This document shows, piece by piece, positions 1 through 9,677 of a stretch of 64,000 nucleotides of DNA. Within the stretch, counting starts at the first letter, position 1. Every line of letters starts with the position of its first letter. Under the pieces are notes generated by a model, which saw nothing but the letters and a program-made list of their open reading frames with translations, was not told where the DNA came from and made no database searches. A program made the position numbers and the translations under genes. The DNA is taken from the NCBI GenBank assembly GCA_048343195.1, contig DBGDDN010000063.1, positions 65,142 through 129,141 on the forward strand. The letters run 5' to 3'. Origin of the DNA: Collinsella sp. GTDB lineage: Bacteria > Actinomycetota > Coriobacteriia > Coriobacteriales > Coriobacteriaceae.

Positions 1-145
<145 letters not shown>

Positions 146-1228
146 TTATTTCTCCTCAATAAGCTTGTCGACCTCGGCCATAAGCGCGTCGACAATTTGA
201 TCCTCAGCTACTTTACCAATGATCTGGCCATGCGAAAAGAGCAGGGCCTGACCACGTCCACAAGCAACGCCCAGGTCGGCATCAGAAGCCTCACCGGGGC
301 CATTAACGGCACATCCCATGACGGCAATCGAAAGCGGCGCGGCATAGTTCTTAAGCCGCTCGGTTACCTCCTCGGCGATAGGAATCAGGTTAACCTGGCA
401 GCGGGCGCACGTGGGGCACGAGACAATCTCGGGACCGCGGCGACGCAGGCCCAGCGACTGCAAAATTCCCCAGGCAACAGGCGGCTCCTCAACCGGATCG
501 GCCGTGAGCGAGACGCGCATGGTGTCACCGATACCCTCAGACAGCAGGATACCAAGGCCCACCGAGCTCTTGATGGTGCCCTGTAGCTTGGTACCCGCCT
601 CGGTTACGCCCAGGTGAAGCGGAACGTGGGGAATCTCATGCGACAGGGCTCGATAGGTATCGAGCGTCGTTTGCACGCTATGGGCCTTGGCCGAAAGCAC
701 AATGTTCGTAAAGCCGCGGTCTTCAAAATGCTTGACGAAACGCTCGCTCGACATCACGAGCTTCTCGGGCTGCGTAAGCTCGTCGCGCTCGGCGATATCC
801 TGCTCAAGCGAACCGGCGTTGACGCCGATACGAATCGCACAGCCCGCGGCACCCGCAGCATCGATCACCGCGTCTACCTTGGCCCAATCGCCGATATTGC
901 CGGGATTGATGCGCAGCTTGGCAGCACCGGCCTCGACGGCGCCGATGGCGAGCTTATGGTTAAAGTGAATATCGGCGACAATCGGCACCGGGGACTCAGC
1001 ACAGATGGTACGGAAGCCCTCGAGCGCGGCCTCGGTGGGCACGCTCACGCGCACGATATCGCAGCCCGCCTGCGCAAGCGCACGCACTTGTGCAAGCGTT
1101 GCCTGGGCGTCGGCGGTATCGGTGCAGGTCATGGATTGGACCACCACCGGCGCGCCGCCACCGATCTGAACGCCGCCCACATGCACGGGGCGCGTCAGCT
1201 CGCGCGGCAAAGGATGGGATATAGACAA
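146..1228 (-). CDS. ispG: HMBPP synthase IspG (GcpE)
   Basis: VQSMT, ADIHF, RINPGN, PLHLGVTEAG, CPTCARC and MGCAVNGPGE motifs; start moved to TTG 1228 after a GGAG SD. Confidence 0.97.
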   Translation of the reverse strand: MSISHPLPRELTRPVHVGGVQIGGGAPVVVQSMTCTDTADAQATLAQVRALAQAGCDIVRVSVPTEAALEGFRTICAESPVPIVADIHFNHKLAIGAVEAGAAKLRINPGNIGDWAKVDAVIDAAGAAGCAIRIGVNAGSLEQDIAERDELTQPEKLVMSSERFVKHFEDRGFTNIVLSAKAHSVQTTLDTYRALSHEIPHVPLHLGVTEAGTKLQGTIKSSVGLGILLSEGIGDTMRVSLTADPVEEPPVAWGILQSLGLRRRGPEIVSCPTCARCQVNLIPIAEEVTERLKNYAAPLSIAVMGCAVNGPGEASDADLGVACGRGQALLFSHGQIIGKVAEDQIVDALMAEVDKLIEEK

Positions 1229-1241
1229 TCCAAACACTCCC

Positions 1242-2603
1242 CTACAGAATAAATCGAAGGATGTCGGAACGAAGCATATAGACAAGCAGCAGCGCAAAGA
1301 GCGCGATGCCCACATAGCTCACAATCGTCTGGACCTTGAGCGGAAGCTCGCGGCCCGCAATCTTTTGAATGATCTCGATGACCAGCTTGCCGCCATCGAG
1401 TGGCGGGATGGGCAGCAGGTTCATAAAGCCCAACGAGAACGAGATGAGCGCGGCAAACGTCAAGAACGTGATGGGACCGGCAGCAGCTGCCTGCGAAGAC
1501 ATGACGCTAATACCCACGATCGAGGAGGATTGATCGAGGATCTCCATCGTATGCTGCGGCTGGAGCAGGCGTAGAACGCCCTCCGCCGTCTGCGCAACAT
1601 AGGAGAAGGAGAGGCGCGCAGAGGTGATGGGGTCCAAACGAACCACCTGCGTAGAGGCATACACACCTAGGCGCTCGTCCTCTTTGAGCGCAACCGTGGT
1701 CGAATGCTGCTTGCCGTCACGCTCGTACTCGATGGCGATATCGTCCTTACCGGCAGCCTTGCCGATGGCATCGTAGACATCCATCCAAGTGGAACATGAG
1801 ACACCGTCAACCGAAAGGATCGCATCACCGGCCTCGATACCCGCCTTGGCGGCAATAGACCCCTCGTCAACCTGACCGATCACGTTGGTATCCATCGGCA
1901 CGGTGACACCCGCAATGGAATAGATGCTCATAAGGAGCAAAAAACCCGTCAAGATATTGACGATAATGCCCGCGAGCAGCATAAAGGCGCGCTTGAGAAA
2001 GCCTTGGCCAAGATAGGTGTGCGAGCGCTCTTGCGCAAGGAACTCGGCCTCGCCGCACGGCAGCTCCCACACATCGCCCTCGGCAGTCGCATGTTCGCGA
2101 TCGAAACGGCGACCATCAAAGGTGGTATAGCCTGCCGTGTCTCGCGGCAACGTCTGATATTTGGTGGGATAGTAGCTCGGCGAGGGCTTCTCCCCTTCCT
2201 CATACCAGGGTGCGATGGAGCCCCAGCCCAGCAAAAGGGCGCATGCCTCGAGCACATCCTCCTCGGAAAGCTCGAGCTCGACAGCAAGGTCGGCCACGGT
2301 CACGCGACCATGACGATAGATAGCCGCGAGCACGCGATCGGAGCACGAGACATCGGTCGGATCCATACCGCAGATGGCAGCGTAGCCACCCAGTAGCAGC
2401 GGGGTCACGCCAAACTTGGTTCCAATGCGACGCGACGTGTAATGGATGTCAAAGCGGCACGGCAGACCCAAAAAGAACTCGGTCACACGGACGCCGCAGG
2501 CACGCGCCGCAAAAAAGTGGCCGCCCTCGTGCAAAAACACGAGGACGGAAAGCATCAGCAGGCCCCAAAAGACCGATGAGAGAGCGCTCAGAACAGTATC
2601 CAT
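1242..2603 (-). CDS. rseP: RIP metalloprotease RseP (M50) with PDZ domain and an unusual insertion
   Basis: HEGGH zinc motif, NLLPIPPLDGG, PDZ-like segment; dxr-rseP-ispG synteny. Confidence 0.93.
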   Translation of the reverse strand: MDTVLSALSSVFWGLLMLSVLVFLHEGGHFFAARACGVRVTEFFLGLPCRFDIHYTSRRIGTKFGVTPLLLGGYAAICGMDPTDVSCSDRVLAAIYRHGRVTVADLAVELELSEEDVLEACALLLGWGSIAPWYEEGEKPSPSYYPTKYQTLPRDTAGYTTFDGRRFDREHATAEGDVWELPCGEAEFLAQERSHTYLGQGFLKRAFMLLAGIIVNILTGFLLLMSIYSIAGVTVPMDTNVIGQVDEGSIAAKAGIEAGDAILSVDGVSCSTWMDVYDAIGKAAGKDDIAIEYERDGKQHSTTVALKEDERLGVYASTQVVRLDPITSARLSFSYVAQTAEGVLRLLQPQHTMEILDQSSSIVGISVMSSQAAAAGPITFLTFAALISFSLGFMNLLPIPPLDGGKLVIEIIQKIAGRELPLKVQTIVSYVGIALFALLLVYMLRSDILRFIL

Positions 2604-2628
2604 AAAACGAAAAAGCAATCCTTATGGG

Positions 2629-3816
2629 TTAGGAACGGGTTGCGGCGAGCACCTGCGCAGCCTTTTCACGCGCCCACGCATCGATGTCGCGAAGCTGCTC
2701 AAACGAATCGACCGCCTGCATATCGTGGGCGTCCATGCAGGATTCCACAATGCGATCGATATCGGTAAAGCTGCAGCCATCGTGCAGGAAGGCATCGACG
2801 GCGACCTCGTTGGCGGCATTGAGCACGCACGGCATGGTGCCACCCGTCTTGCCGGCGCGTTCGGCCAGTGCCAGACAGCGGAAGGTATCCATGTCGGCAG
2901 CATCAAACGTGAGCTGCCCCAGCTCGCGGAAATCGATACGACGCGCCGGGGTATCCCAACGCTCGGGATACGAGAACGCGAACTGGATGGGAATACGCAT
3001 GTCGGAAGCACCGAGATGCGCCATCACGGAGCCGTCGGCGAACTCGACCATAGAGTGAATCTTGGACTGACGCTGCACGACCACGTTAATGAAATCGAGG
3101 TCGCAGTTAAACAGATGCATGGCCTCAATGCGCTCCAGGCCCTTGTTCATGAGGGTGGCGGAGTCAATGGTGATCTTGGCACCCATGGCCCACGTGGGAT
3201 GCGCGAGGGCATCGGCACGCGTCACGCGATCGAGCTCGTCGCGCGTGCGGCCAAAGAACGGACCACCCGAGCAGGTGAGCCAAATACAATGAGCCTCGCG
3301 CGGGTTCTCCCCCAGATAGCACTGGTAAATGGCGGAGTGCTCAGAGTCGACTGGAATAAGCTGGCCCGGTTGCGTCAACGGCATAAGCAAGTCGCCACCG
3401 ACGACGAGGGACTCCTTGTTGGCAAGGGCAAGGCGCTTATTCGAGGTCAGGGCCGCATGGCTCGCCTCGAGACCGGCAGCGCCCACAATAGCGACAAGCA
3501 CGCAGTCGACATCGTCGCGACACGCGAGCTCGCAAACCGCCTGCGCGCCAACGCCGAGCTTCGTTCCCTCGGGCAACTCCTGCAGCACGGCGTCATCGCC
3601 ATGATCGACATCGGCCACGGCAACCGCCGGAACCGAGAACTCGCGGGCAGCGGCAACGAGCTCGGAAGTACTGGAGTTAACGGACAGCGCCGTCACCTGC
3701 AGGCGATCGGCATGCTGGCGGCACACATCGAGCGCCTGAGTGCCGATAGAGCCCGTACAACCCAGGATGGCAACGCGAAGGCGTCCATCGGGGCCATACG
3801 TCGTCTGGAAGGACAT
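2629..3816 (-). CDS. dxr: 1-deoxy-D-xylulose-5-phosphate reductoisomerase
   Basis: GCTGSIG, LANKESLV, PVDSEHSA, HPTWAMGAKITIDSATLMNKGLE. Confidence 0.98.
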   Translation of the reverse strand: MSFQTTYGPDGRLRVAILGCTGSIGTQALDVCRQHADRLQVTALSVNSSTSELVAAAREFSVPAVAVADVDHGDDAVLQELPEGTKLGVGAQAVCELACRDDVDCVLVAIVGAAGLEASHAALTSNKRLALANKESLVVGGDLLMPLTQPGQLIPVDSEHSAIYQCYLGENPREAHCIWLTCSGGPFFGRTRDELDRVTRADALAHPTWAMGAKITIDSATLMNKGLERIEAMHLFNCDLDFINVVVQRQSKIHSMVEFADGSVMAHLGASDMRIPIQFAFSYPERWDTPARRIDFRELGQLTFDAADMDTFRCLALAERAGKTGGTMPCVLNAANEVAVDAFLHDGCSFTDIDRIVESCMDAHDMQAVDSFEQLRDIDAWAREKAAQVLAATRS

Positions 3817-4715
3817 TACAGCACGCCTCCGATCATCAGCAACAGCTGCGCGGTGATGCAGCCGAAGATAAGCGAGTCGCTACGATCGAGCATGCCGCCG
3901 TGGCCCGGGATAAGGTTGCCGGAATCCTTGACGCCCACACCGCGCTTGATGCGCGACTCGATGAGGTCTCCGATAACGCCCAGGACGGACACGACCACGC
4001 CGCACAGCAGCGCATAGGGCAGGCTGAGCTTGTAGAAGTGCGTCGCCCACAGGATGAGCCAAATCAAAACCGAGCCCAGGATGCCGCCGACAAACCCCTC
4101 CCAGCTCTTTTTGGGAGAGATCTTGGGAACCATCTTGTGCTTGCCGATACGGCTACCCACGATGTAGGCAAACGAATCGGAGACCCAAAGGGACGCGCAA
4201 ACGCCCACCGAAAGCAGGGCGCCGGCAAAACCGGGCACGGCATCGCGCAGCAGCACGATAGCCGACAGCATAAAGCCAGTGTAGATGGGACCCATGAGCG
4301 TCACGGCCACATCAGAGATGCGGGTACGCGGCGACCAAACATACCAAATGCCCACAGCGAGCATCAGGGCAAAAAGCAGGGCATTCAGCAACATCGAATC
4401 GCCCAACGCCGACAGCGGAAAGAGTACGGCGGCAGCGATACCCATGCGCTCGTTAGCCATCTTGCCATCGAGCCTCGTCATACGGAAAAACTCATAGCAG
4501 CACAGGCCGCTCATGACGGAAACAAAGATGGCCGTGGGCACAATACCCAAAACCAGGCACAGGATAAAGACAACGGCATAGACGATACCGGCGGCGGCAC
4601 GGGTGATAAAGCCGGCAAGCCACGAACCGGTGCCATTCTTCGCTGCGGGCGCTCCCGCAGCGACAGCCTTGCGCTCAGATGTCTTGGGAGCAATTGCCTT
4701 GGGACGATCGGACAC
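3816..4715 (-). CDS. cdsA: Phosphatidate cytidylyltransferase
   Basis: SPKKSWEG and GDLIESRIKR..GVKDSGNLIPGHGGMLDRSDS; polytopic. Confidence 0.96.
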   Translation of the reverse strand: MSDRPKAIAPKTSERKAVAAGAPAAKNGTGSWLAGFITRAAAGIVYAVVFILCLVLGIVPTAIFVSVMSGLCCYEFFRMTRLDGKMANERMGIAAAVLFPLSALGDSMLLNALLFALMLAVGIWYVWSPRTRISDVAVTLMGPIYTGFMLSAIVLLRDAVPGFAGALLSVGVCASLWVSDSFAYIVGSRIGKHKMVPKISPKKSWEGFVGGILGSVLIWLILWATHFYKLSLPYALLCGVVVSVLGVIGDLIESRIKRGVGVKDSGNLIPGHGGMLDRSDSLIFGCITAQLLLMIGGVL

Positions 4716-4717
4716 GA

Positions 4718-5512
4718 TTAAGCCTCCTCGGTCTTGCTCAGACCACCAAACCTACGGTCACGGCCCTGATAGGCCAAAATGGCGTCGACAAGGCCCCAAC
4801 GATCAAAGTCGGGCCAATAGGTATCGGTGACGTAGAACTCGGAATAAGCCACCTGCCACAGCAGATAGTTCGAAAGGCGCAGCTCACCAGAGGTGCGAAT
4901 CACAAGCTCAGGATCGGGAAGACCGGCGGTATAAAGGTGAGAAGCCACCATGTCGTCATCAATTGCGGCAGGATCAATCTTACCGGCGGCAACGTCGAGC
5001 GCGATCTGACGGACAGCGCGGGTAATCTCGGCACGCGCGCCGTAGTTGACGGCAAGCGCCAGCGTCATACCGGTGTGATCGGCGCACTCGGCAAGACCGC
5101 GTTCAAAGACGTCGCGGGTCTTCTTGGGCAGCGCGGAAATATCACCCAAAAAGACAACGCGCACGTTTTCGCGCTTCAGAAGCGGCAACTCGTCGATAAA
5201 CGTCTTGGCAAACAGGTGCATCAAGACGTTGACCTCATGCTGCGGGCGGTTCCAGTTTTCGGTAGAAAACGCATAGGCCGAAAGCACGTCGACGCCCAGG
5301 CGCACGCAGGCGGTAATGATCTCGCGCAGCGAGACGATACCCGCCTTGTGGCCCTCGGTGCGTGCAAGACCGCGCGACGTGGCCCAACGACCGTTGCCGT
5401 CCATGATGCACGAGATATGGTGCGGAATGTTATTGAGGTCAAGGTCGGAAAAACCGACGCCCGCAGGGGCGTCGGCAAAGTACTCGACCAGTTTATGCTC
5501 GTCGTATTGCAC
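4718..5512 (-). CDS. uppS: Undecaprenyl diphosphate synthase
   Basis: IMDGNGRWA, YAFSTENWNRP, IRTSGELRLSNYLLWQ. Confidence 0.97.
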   Translation of the reverse strand: MQYDEHKLVEYFADAPAGVGFSDLDLNNIPHHISCIMDGNGRWATSRGLARTEGHKAGIVSLREIITACVRLGVDVLSAYAFSTENWNRPQHEVNVLMHLFAKTFIDELPLLKRENVRVVFLGDISALPKKTRDVFERGLAECADHTGMTLALAVNYGARAEITRAVRQIALDVAAGKIDPAAIDDDMVASHLYTAGLPDPELVIRTSGELRLSNYLLWQVAYSEFYVTDTYWPDFDRWGLVDAILAYQGRDRRFGGLSKTEEA

Positions 5513-5513
5513 C

Positions 5514-6050
5514 TTAGATCTCCATGACCTCGGCTTCTTTTTCCTTCAGAAGCTCCTCGACCTTGGCGACATACTCATCGGTGTGCTTCTGGACCTTAGC
5601 CTGCTCGCGACGGACATCGTCCTCGGTGAGCTCCTCATCGCGCTCGAGCTTGTTGTTGAAGTCGCGACGGATGTTACGGATAGACACCTTGGCCTGCTCG
5701 GCGTACTCGCGGCACTCCTTGACGAGCTCGCGACGGCGCTCCTCGGTGGGAGCCGGGAACGGCAGACGAACGACGGTGCCATCGGAGTTGGGGGTAATAC
5801 CCAGATCGGAAGCGCCGATGGCCTTGACGATAGCGTTGATGAGCGCCTTGTCCCACGGCTCGATGAGCAGCATGTGGGCCTCGGGGGTCTTGACGGCGGC
5901 AACCTGCGTGACCGGCGTGGGAACACCGTAATAATCGACGGTGATGTCGGACAGAATGTTGGCATTGGCGCGGCCGGTACGGACCTTGGAGAAGTTATGC
6001 TTGAGGGACTCGAGCGACTTGTCCATATGGGCGGTGATGTTCTCTGCCAT
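5514..6050 (-). CDS. frr: Ribosome recycling factor
   Basis: RTGRAN, YYGVPTP, PTEERRRELVK. Confidence 0.98.
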   Translation of the reverse strand: MAENITAHMDKSLESLKHNFSKVRTGRANANILSDITVDYYGVPTPVTQVAAVKTPEAHMLLIEPWDKALINAIVKAIGASDLGITPNSDGTVVRLPFPAPTEERRRELVKECREYAEQAKVSIRNIRRDFNNKLERDEELTEDDVRREQAKVQKHTDEYVAKVEELLKEKEAEVMEI

Positions 6051-6052
6051 GC

Positions 6053-6775
6053 TTAATCCTCCTGATAGACGAGCGTGCCGACGGGCTCACCCGAAAGCGC
6101 GCACTTGACGGTGTCCTCGCCATCGATGTTGAGGACCAAAATCGGCATACGGTTGTCCTGGCACAGTGCCGTAGCCGTGGAATCCATAACCTGCAGACCG
6201 CGGACGAGAACCTCGTGATAGGTAATCTTGTCAAAACGGACGGCGTCGGCGCACTTGACGGGATCCTTATCGTAGATGCCGTCAACCTTGGTGGCTTTAA
6301 TCAGAATCTCGGCGCCGATCTCGCACGCACGAAGAGCCGCGGCGGTGTCGGTCGTAAAGTACGGATTGCCCGAACCGGCGGCAAAAATAACGACGTTGCC
6401 CTTGGAAAAGTGGTTGATGGCGCGACGGCGAATATAGGGCTCGCAGATCTCGTTCATCTGGATAGCGCTCATCACGCGGCAGGGAACATCGTTATGCTCG
6501 AAGGCATCCTGCAGGGCGAGCGCGTTCATAACGGTTGCCAGCATGCCCATGTAGTCGGCCTGAGCACGCTCCATGCCACCGGCAGCGCCTGCCATGCCGC
6601 GGAAAATATTGCCGCCGCCGACAACGACGCCGACCTCATGGCCAACGGCGAGCAGCTCCTTGACCTGCTTAGCAAGATGGTCGGTAACCTTGGGGTCGAT
6701 GCCATATTGGCCGTCGCCCATCAGCGCTTCGCCGGAAAGCTTAAGAAGCACGCGTTTATATCGGATGTCGGACAA
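6053..6775 (-). CDS. pyrH: UMP kinase
   Basis: [30 protein letters not shown]. Confidence 0.98.
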   Translation of the reverse strand: MSDIRYKRVLLKLSGEALMGDGQYGIDPKVTDHLAKQVKELLAVGHEVGVVVGGGNIFRGMAGAAGGMERAQADYMGMLATVMNALALQDAFEHNDVPCRVMSAIQMNEICEPYIRRRAINHFSKGNVVIFAAGSGNPYFTTDTAAALRACEIGAEILIKATKVDGIYDKDPVKCADAVRFDKITYHEVLVRGLQVMDSTATALCQDNRMPILVLNIDGEDTVKCALSGEPVGTLVYQED

Positions 6776-6835
6776 AGCGATCCTCCTTTAGATTGAACTC
6801 TCAACATTCTATCAAAGGCTCTAAGAAGAGCCATG

Positions 6836-6870
6836 AAAAAGCAGGCTGTGAGTAAAACCCACAGCCTGCT
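6836..6870 (-). terminator. Intrinsic terminator after tsf
   Basis: GCAGGCTGTG/CACAGCCTGC inverted repeat followed by a U-tract on the minus strand. Confidence 0.75.
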
Positions 6871-6893
6871 CATTACCAGCTACAAGAGCTTAT

Positions 6894-7763
6894 TTACTCG
6901 CCACGGACCAGACGGTCAAAGGCAACGACGGTAATGGTGTCGCCGAGCTCCTTGGAGACCTGCTCAGCGTACTTCTTGATGGTGAGGGAGCTGTCCTTGA
7001 TGAACTCCTGCTCGGTGAGCACGGACTGCTTGTAGAACTTCTCCAGACGGCCGACAGCCATCTTCTCCTGGATAGCCTCGGGCTTGCCGGACTCGGCAGC
7101 CTGGGCCATGTAGATCTGCTTCTCGTGCTCGACGGTCTCGGCCGGAACCTGATCGCGGGTAGCGCAGATCGGGGCGACAGCGGCAACCTGAAGGGCAACG
7201 TCGTGAGCGAAGGTCTTGAAGGATTCAGCCTGAGCGGTCTCGGCCTTCTCGAAGGCGAACTCGACGAGGACGCCGATCTTACCACCCATGTGGATGTAAG
7301 AAGCGAGCGCGCCGTTCTCGGCCTTGCGGGCAGCGAAGCGGGAGATCTTCATGTTCTCGCCCATGATGTGAATCATCTCGGTGAGCTCGGAGGAAACGGT
7401 CTCCTCGCCCATCGGCTTCTCGAGCAGAGCGTCGACGTCAGCAGGCTCGGTGGTAGCGACAACCTCAGCGACCTTGGAAGCAAAGCCGGTGAACTTGGCG
7501 TTAGAGCCAACGAAGTCAGTCTCGCAGGAGAGCTCGAGCAGAGCGCCGGTCTTGCCATCCTCGGAGACGAACGCGGCGACAGCGCCCTCGTTGGTCTCAC
7601 GGCCAGCCTTCTTGGCAGCCTTGGCAAGGCCGTTCTTACGCAGAACGTCGACAGCGGCGTCCATGTCGCCGTCAGCCTCGACGAGAGCCTTCTTGCACTC
7701 CATCATCGGGGAGTCGGTCATCTCGCGGAGCTGCTTGACCATAGCGGCGGTAATCTGGGCCAT
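6894..7763 (-). CDS. tsf: Elongation factor Ts
   Basis: MMECKKAL, ELSCETDFV; downstream of rpsB. Confidence 0.98.
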   Translation of the reverse strand: MAQITAAMVKQLREMTDSPMMECKKALVEADGDMDAAVDVLRKNGLAKAAKKAGRETNEGAVAAFVSEDGKTGALLELSCETDFVGSNAKFTGFASKVAEVVATTEPADVDALLEKPMGEETVSSELTEMIHIMGENMKISRFAARKAENGALASYIHMGGKIGVLVEFAFEKAETAQAESFKTFAHDVALQVAAVAPICATRDQVPAETVEHEKQIYMAQAAESGKPEAIQEKMAVGRLEKFYKQSVLTEQEFIKDSSLTIKKYAEQVSKELGDTITVVAFDRLVRGE

Positions 7764-7808
7764 TGTGGTTCCTTTCAAAGAGATGAAAAAGAATTAACTA
7801 AGACTGAT

Positions 7809-8537
7809 TTACTCGGCCTTGGGCTCAGCGGCCATCTCGGCCTCGGAGACCTGCTCCTTGCCGGAGCCAGCGAGGCAGGCGTCAGCCATGAGCTCGCACA
7901 TAAGGGTGACAGCGGAGATAGCGTCATCGTTGCAGGGGATGCCGTACTCGACCTCGTCGGGATCGGAGTTGGTGTCGATCAGGGCGACGACGGGGATGTT
8001 CAGGCGCTGGGCCTCCTTGATGGCGTTCTCCTCGCGCTTGGTGTCGATGACGAAGAGAGCCTGGGGCAGACCCTTCATGTCGCGGGCGCCACCGAGGTTG
8101 GTCTGGAGCTTAGTGAGCTCCTTGCCGAGAACAGCCTGCTCCTTCTTGGGGAGCACTGCCATGCGGCCGTCCTCGACCATGGCCTCGAGCTCCTCCATGC
8201 GGTTGATGCGGGAGCGGATGGTGACGAAGTTGGTCAGCATACCGCCGAGCCAACGCTGGTTGATGTAAGGCATGTTGGCGCGCTCAGCAGCGTTCTTGAC
8301 GGCCTCCTGAGCCTGCTTCTTGGTGCCGACGAACAGCACGTTGCCACCCTTGGCGACGTTCTTGACGAAGGTGTAGGCCTGGTCGGCGTCGAGGATGGTC
8401 TGCTTGAGGTCGAGGATGTAGATGCCGTTGCGCTCACCGAAGATGAACGGCTTCATCTTGGGGTTCCAGCGACGGGTCTGGTGACCGAAGTGGCAGCCGG
8501 CCTCGAGCAGGGTGCGGATATTAATCTTGGTAGCCAT
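7809..8537 (-). CDS. rpsB: 30S ribosomal protein S2
   Basis: [24 protein letters not shown]. Confidence 0.99.
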   Translation of the reverse strand: MATKINIRTLLEAGCHFGHQTRRWNPKMKPFIFGERNGIYILDLKQTILDADQAYTFVKNVAKGGNVLFVGTKKQAQEAVKNAAERANMPYINQRWLGGMLTNFVTIRSRINRMEELEAMVEDGRMAVLPKKEQAVLGKELTKLQTNLGGARDMKGLPQALFVIDTKREENAIKEAQRLNIPVVALIDTNSDPDEVEYGIPCNDDAISAVTLMCELMADACLAGSGKEQVSEAEMAAEPKAE

Positions 8538-8551
8538 GTTAAACCTCCTGT

Positions 8552-8646
8552 GGTTTGCCTCCGCGCGGGGTCATCCTCCAAAACCAACCCGGACATGTGC
8601 TACCAAAGCCCGGGCACCACGGTATGAAGTAGCCGCGCGTGCGTGA
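8552..8646 (-). ncRNA. rpsB 5' leader (t44-like / S2 autoregulatory element)
   Basis: Minus strand reads CACGCACGCGCGG...GGTGC...CCGCGCGGAGGCAAACC; CGCGCGG pairs with CCGCGCG, resembling the conserved rpsB leader architecture. Confidence 0.7.
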
Positions 8647-8756
8647 TAAAAACATGTTGCCGTGAAGCAACCCGATGAATGATAGCAGGAATGCCTCTTC
8701 CTGCCAACCCGCAATCAAAACCACACACCTGAGTGCGGCGCGGGACGTGCCAGCCA

Positions 8757-9677
8757 CTATTCGCCGCGGGGATGGGCTTGAGCCACAGCCCGCTTAAGCC
8801 GATCGGGTGTGAGATGCGTGTAGATCTGCGTCGTGGACAGGCTCGCATGACCTAGCAGCTCTTGAACCGAGCGCAGGTCCGCACCGCCCTCGAGCAAGTC
8901 GGTCGCAAAGGTATGGCGCATCGCATGCGGGGCGATGTCGGCCGGAATGCCGGCGAGCGTCGCCAGCGTATGGAACCGCCGCCGGAGCATCGCGGCGCTC
9001 ATGCGATTGCCGCGCGCCGATATAAGCAGCGGATGCGGCCCGGTAGCGAGGTCGCGGCGCTTTGCCCGAGCGAGCAACTCCGGCCTCCCCTCTTCAATAT
9101 AGAGACGCGTCACATCGAGCGCACGACGATACAGAGGAACGATGCGCTCCTTGCTTCCCTTGCCCCACAGGCGCAGCGTGCGCTCGGACCATGAGATGGA
9201 TTCCACATTGAGCGCCGCAAGCTCTGAGATGCGGGCACCCGAGGCATAGAGCAACTCGAGCATCGCCGCATCGCGCAGTCCCGCGGGTGTTGAGGTATCA
9301 GGCGTCTTGAGCAGCGCCTCGACCTGCTGGGTCGTAAGGACGCCCGGCAGGTCACGCGGCAGCTTGGGCGACGCGATCGCCGAGACCGCATCGCCCTCGA
9401 CAATCCCCTCGGCAGCCATCCAGCGATAGAGAGATCGAATAGCCGACAGGTGCGCCGCAAGCGTTCGGGGAGCCACCTGCTCACGCGAAAGCTCGGCAAG
9501 ATAGCGACGAATGGTGCGCACGTCGGCAGCGAAAGCATCAATATCCTCGCGCTCGCACCAGGCAGCAAAGCGCTCTAGCCTCGAGCCATAGGCCGTCACC
9601 GTGTTGGGAGAAAGCCCCTCGACGCGTGCGATATAGGCGATAAAAGAGTCGACGGTGTCGTACAGGTCAAAGGCTAT
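8757..9677 (-). CDS. xerC: Tyrosine recombinase XerC/XerD family
   Basis: GARISEL, GKGSKERIVP, HAMRHTFAT, LGHASLSTTQIY; homology extends upstream of the predicted GTG 9599 (start uncertain, see findings). Confidence 0.9.
   Translation of the reverse strand: MAFDLYDTVDSFIAYIARVEGLSPNTVTAYGSRLERFAAWCEREDIDAFAADVRTIRRYLAELSREQVAPRTLAAHLSAIRSLYRWMAAEGIVEGDAVSAIASPKLPRDLPGVLTTQQVEALLKTPDTSTPAGLRDAAMLELLYASGARISELAALNVESISWSERTLRLWGKGSKERIVPLYRRALDVTRLYIEEGRPELLARAKRRDLATGPHPLLISARGNRMSAAMLRRRFHTLATLAGIPADIAPHAMRHTFATDLLEGGADLRSVQELLGHASLSTTQIYTHLTPDRLKRAVAQAHPRGE

Noticed and set aside
7125..8627. 500-aa plus-strand ORF, and similar ones at 2446-4017, 31515-32957, 44645-46366 and 49772-51364
   Set aside because: All lie antisense to well-supported genes
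8757..9677. Tyrosine recombinase as a prophage or ICE integrase
   Set aside because: XerC-like size and motifs, in housekeeping context with no mobile cargo
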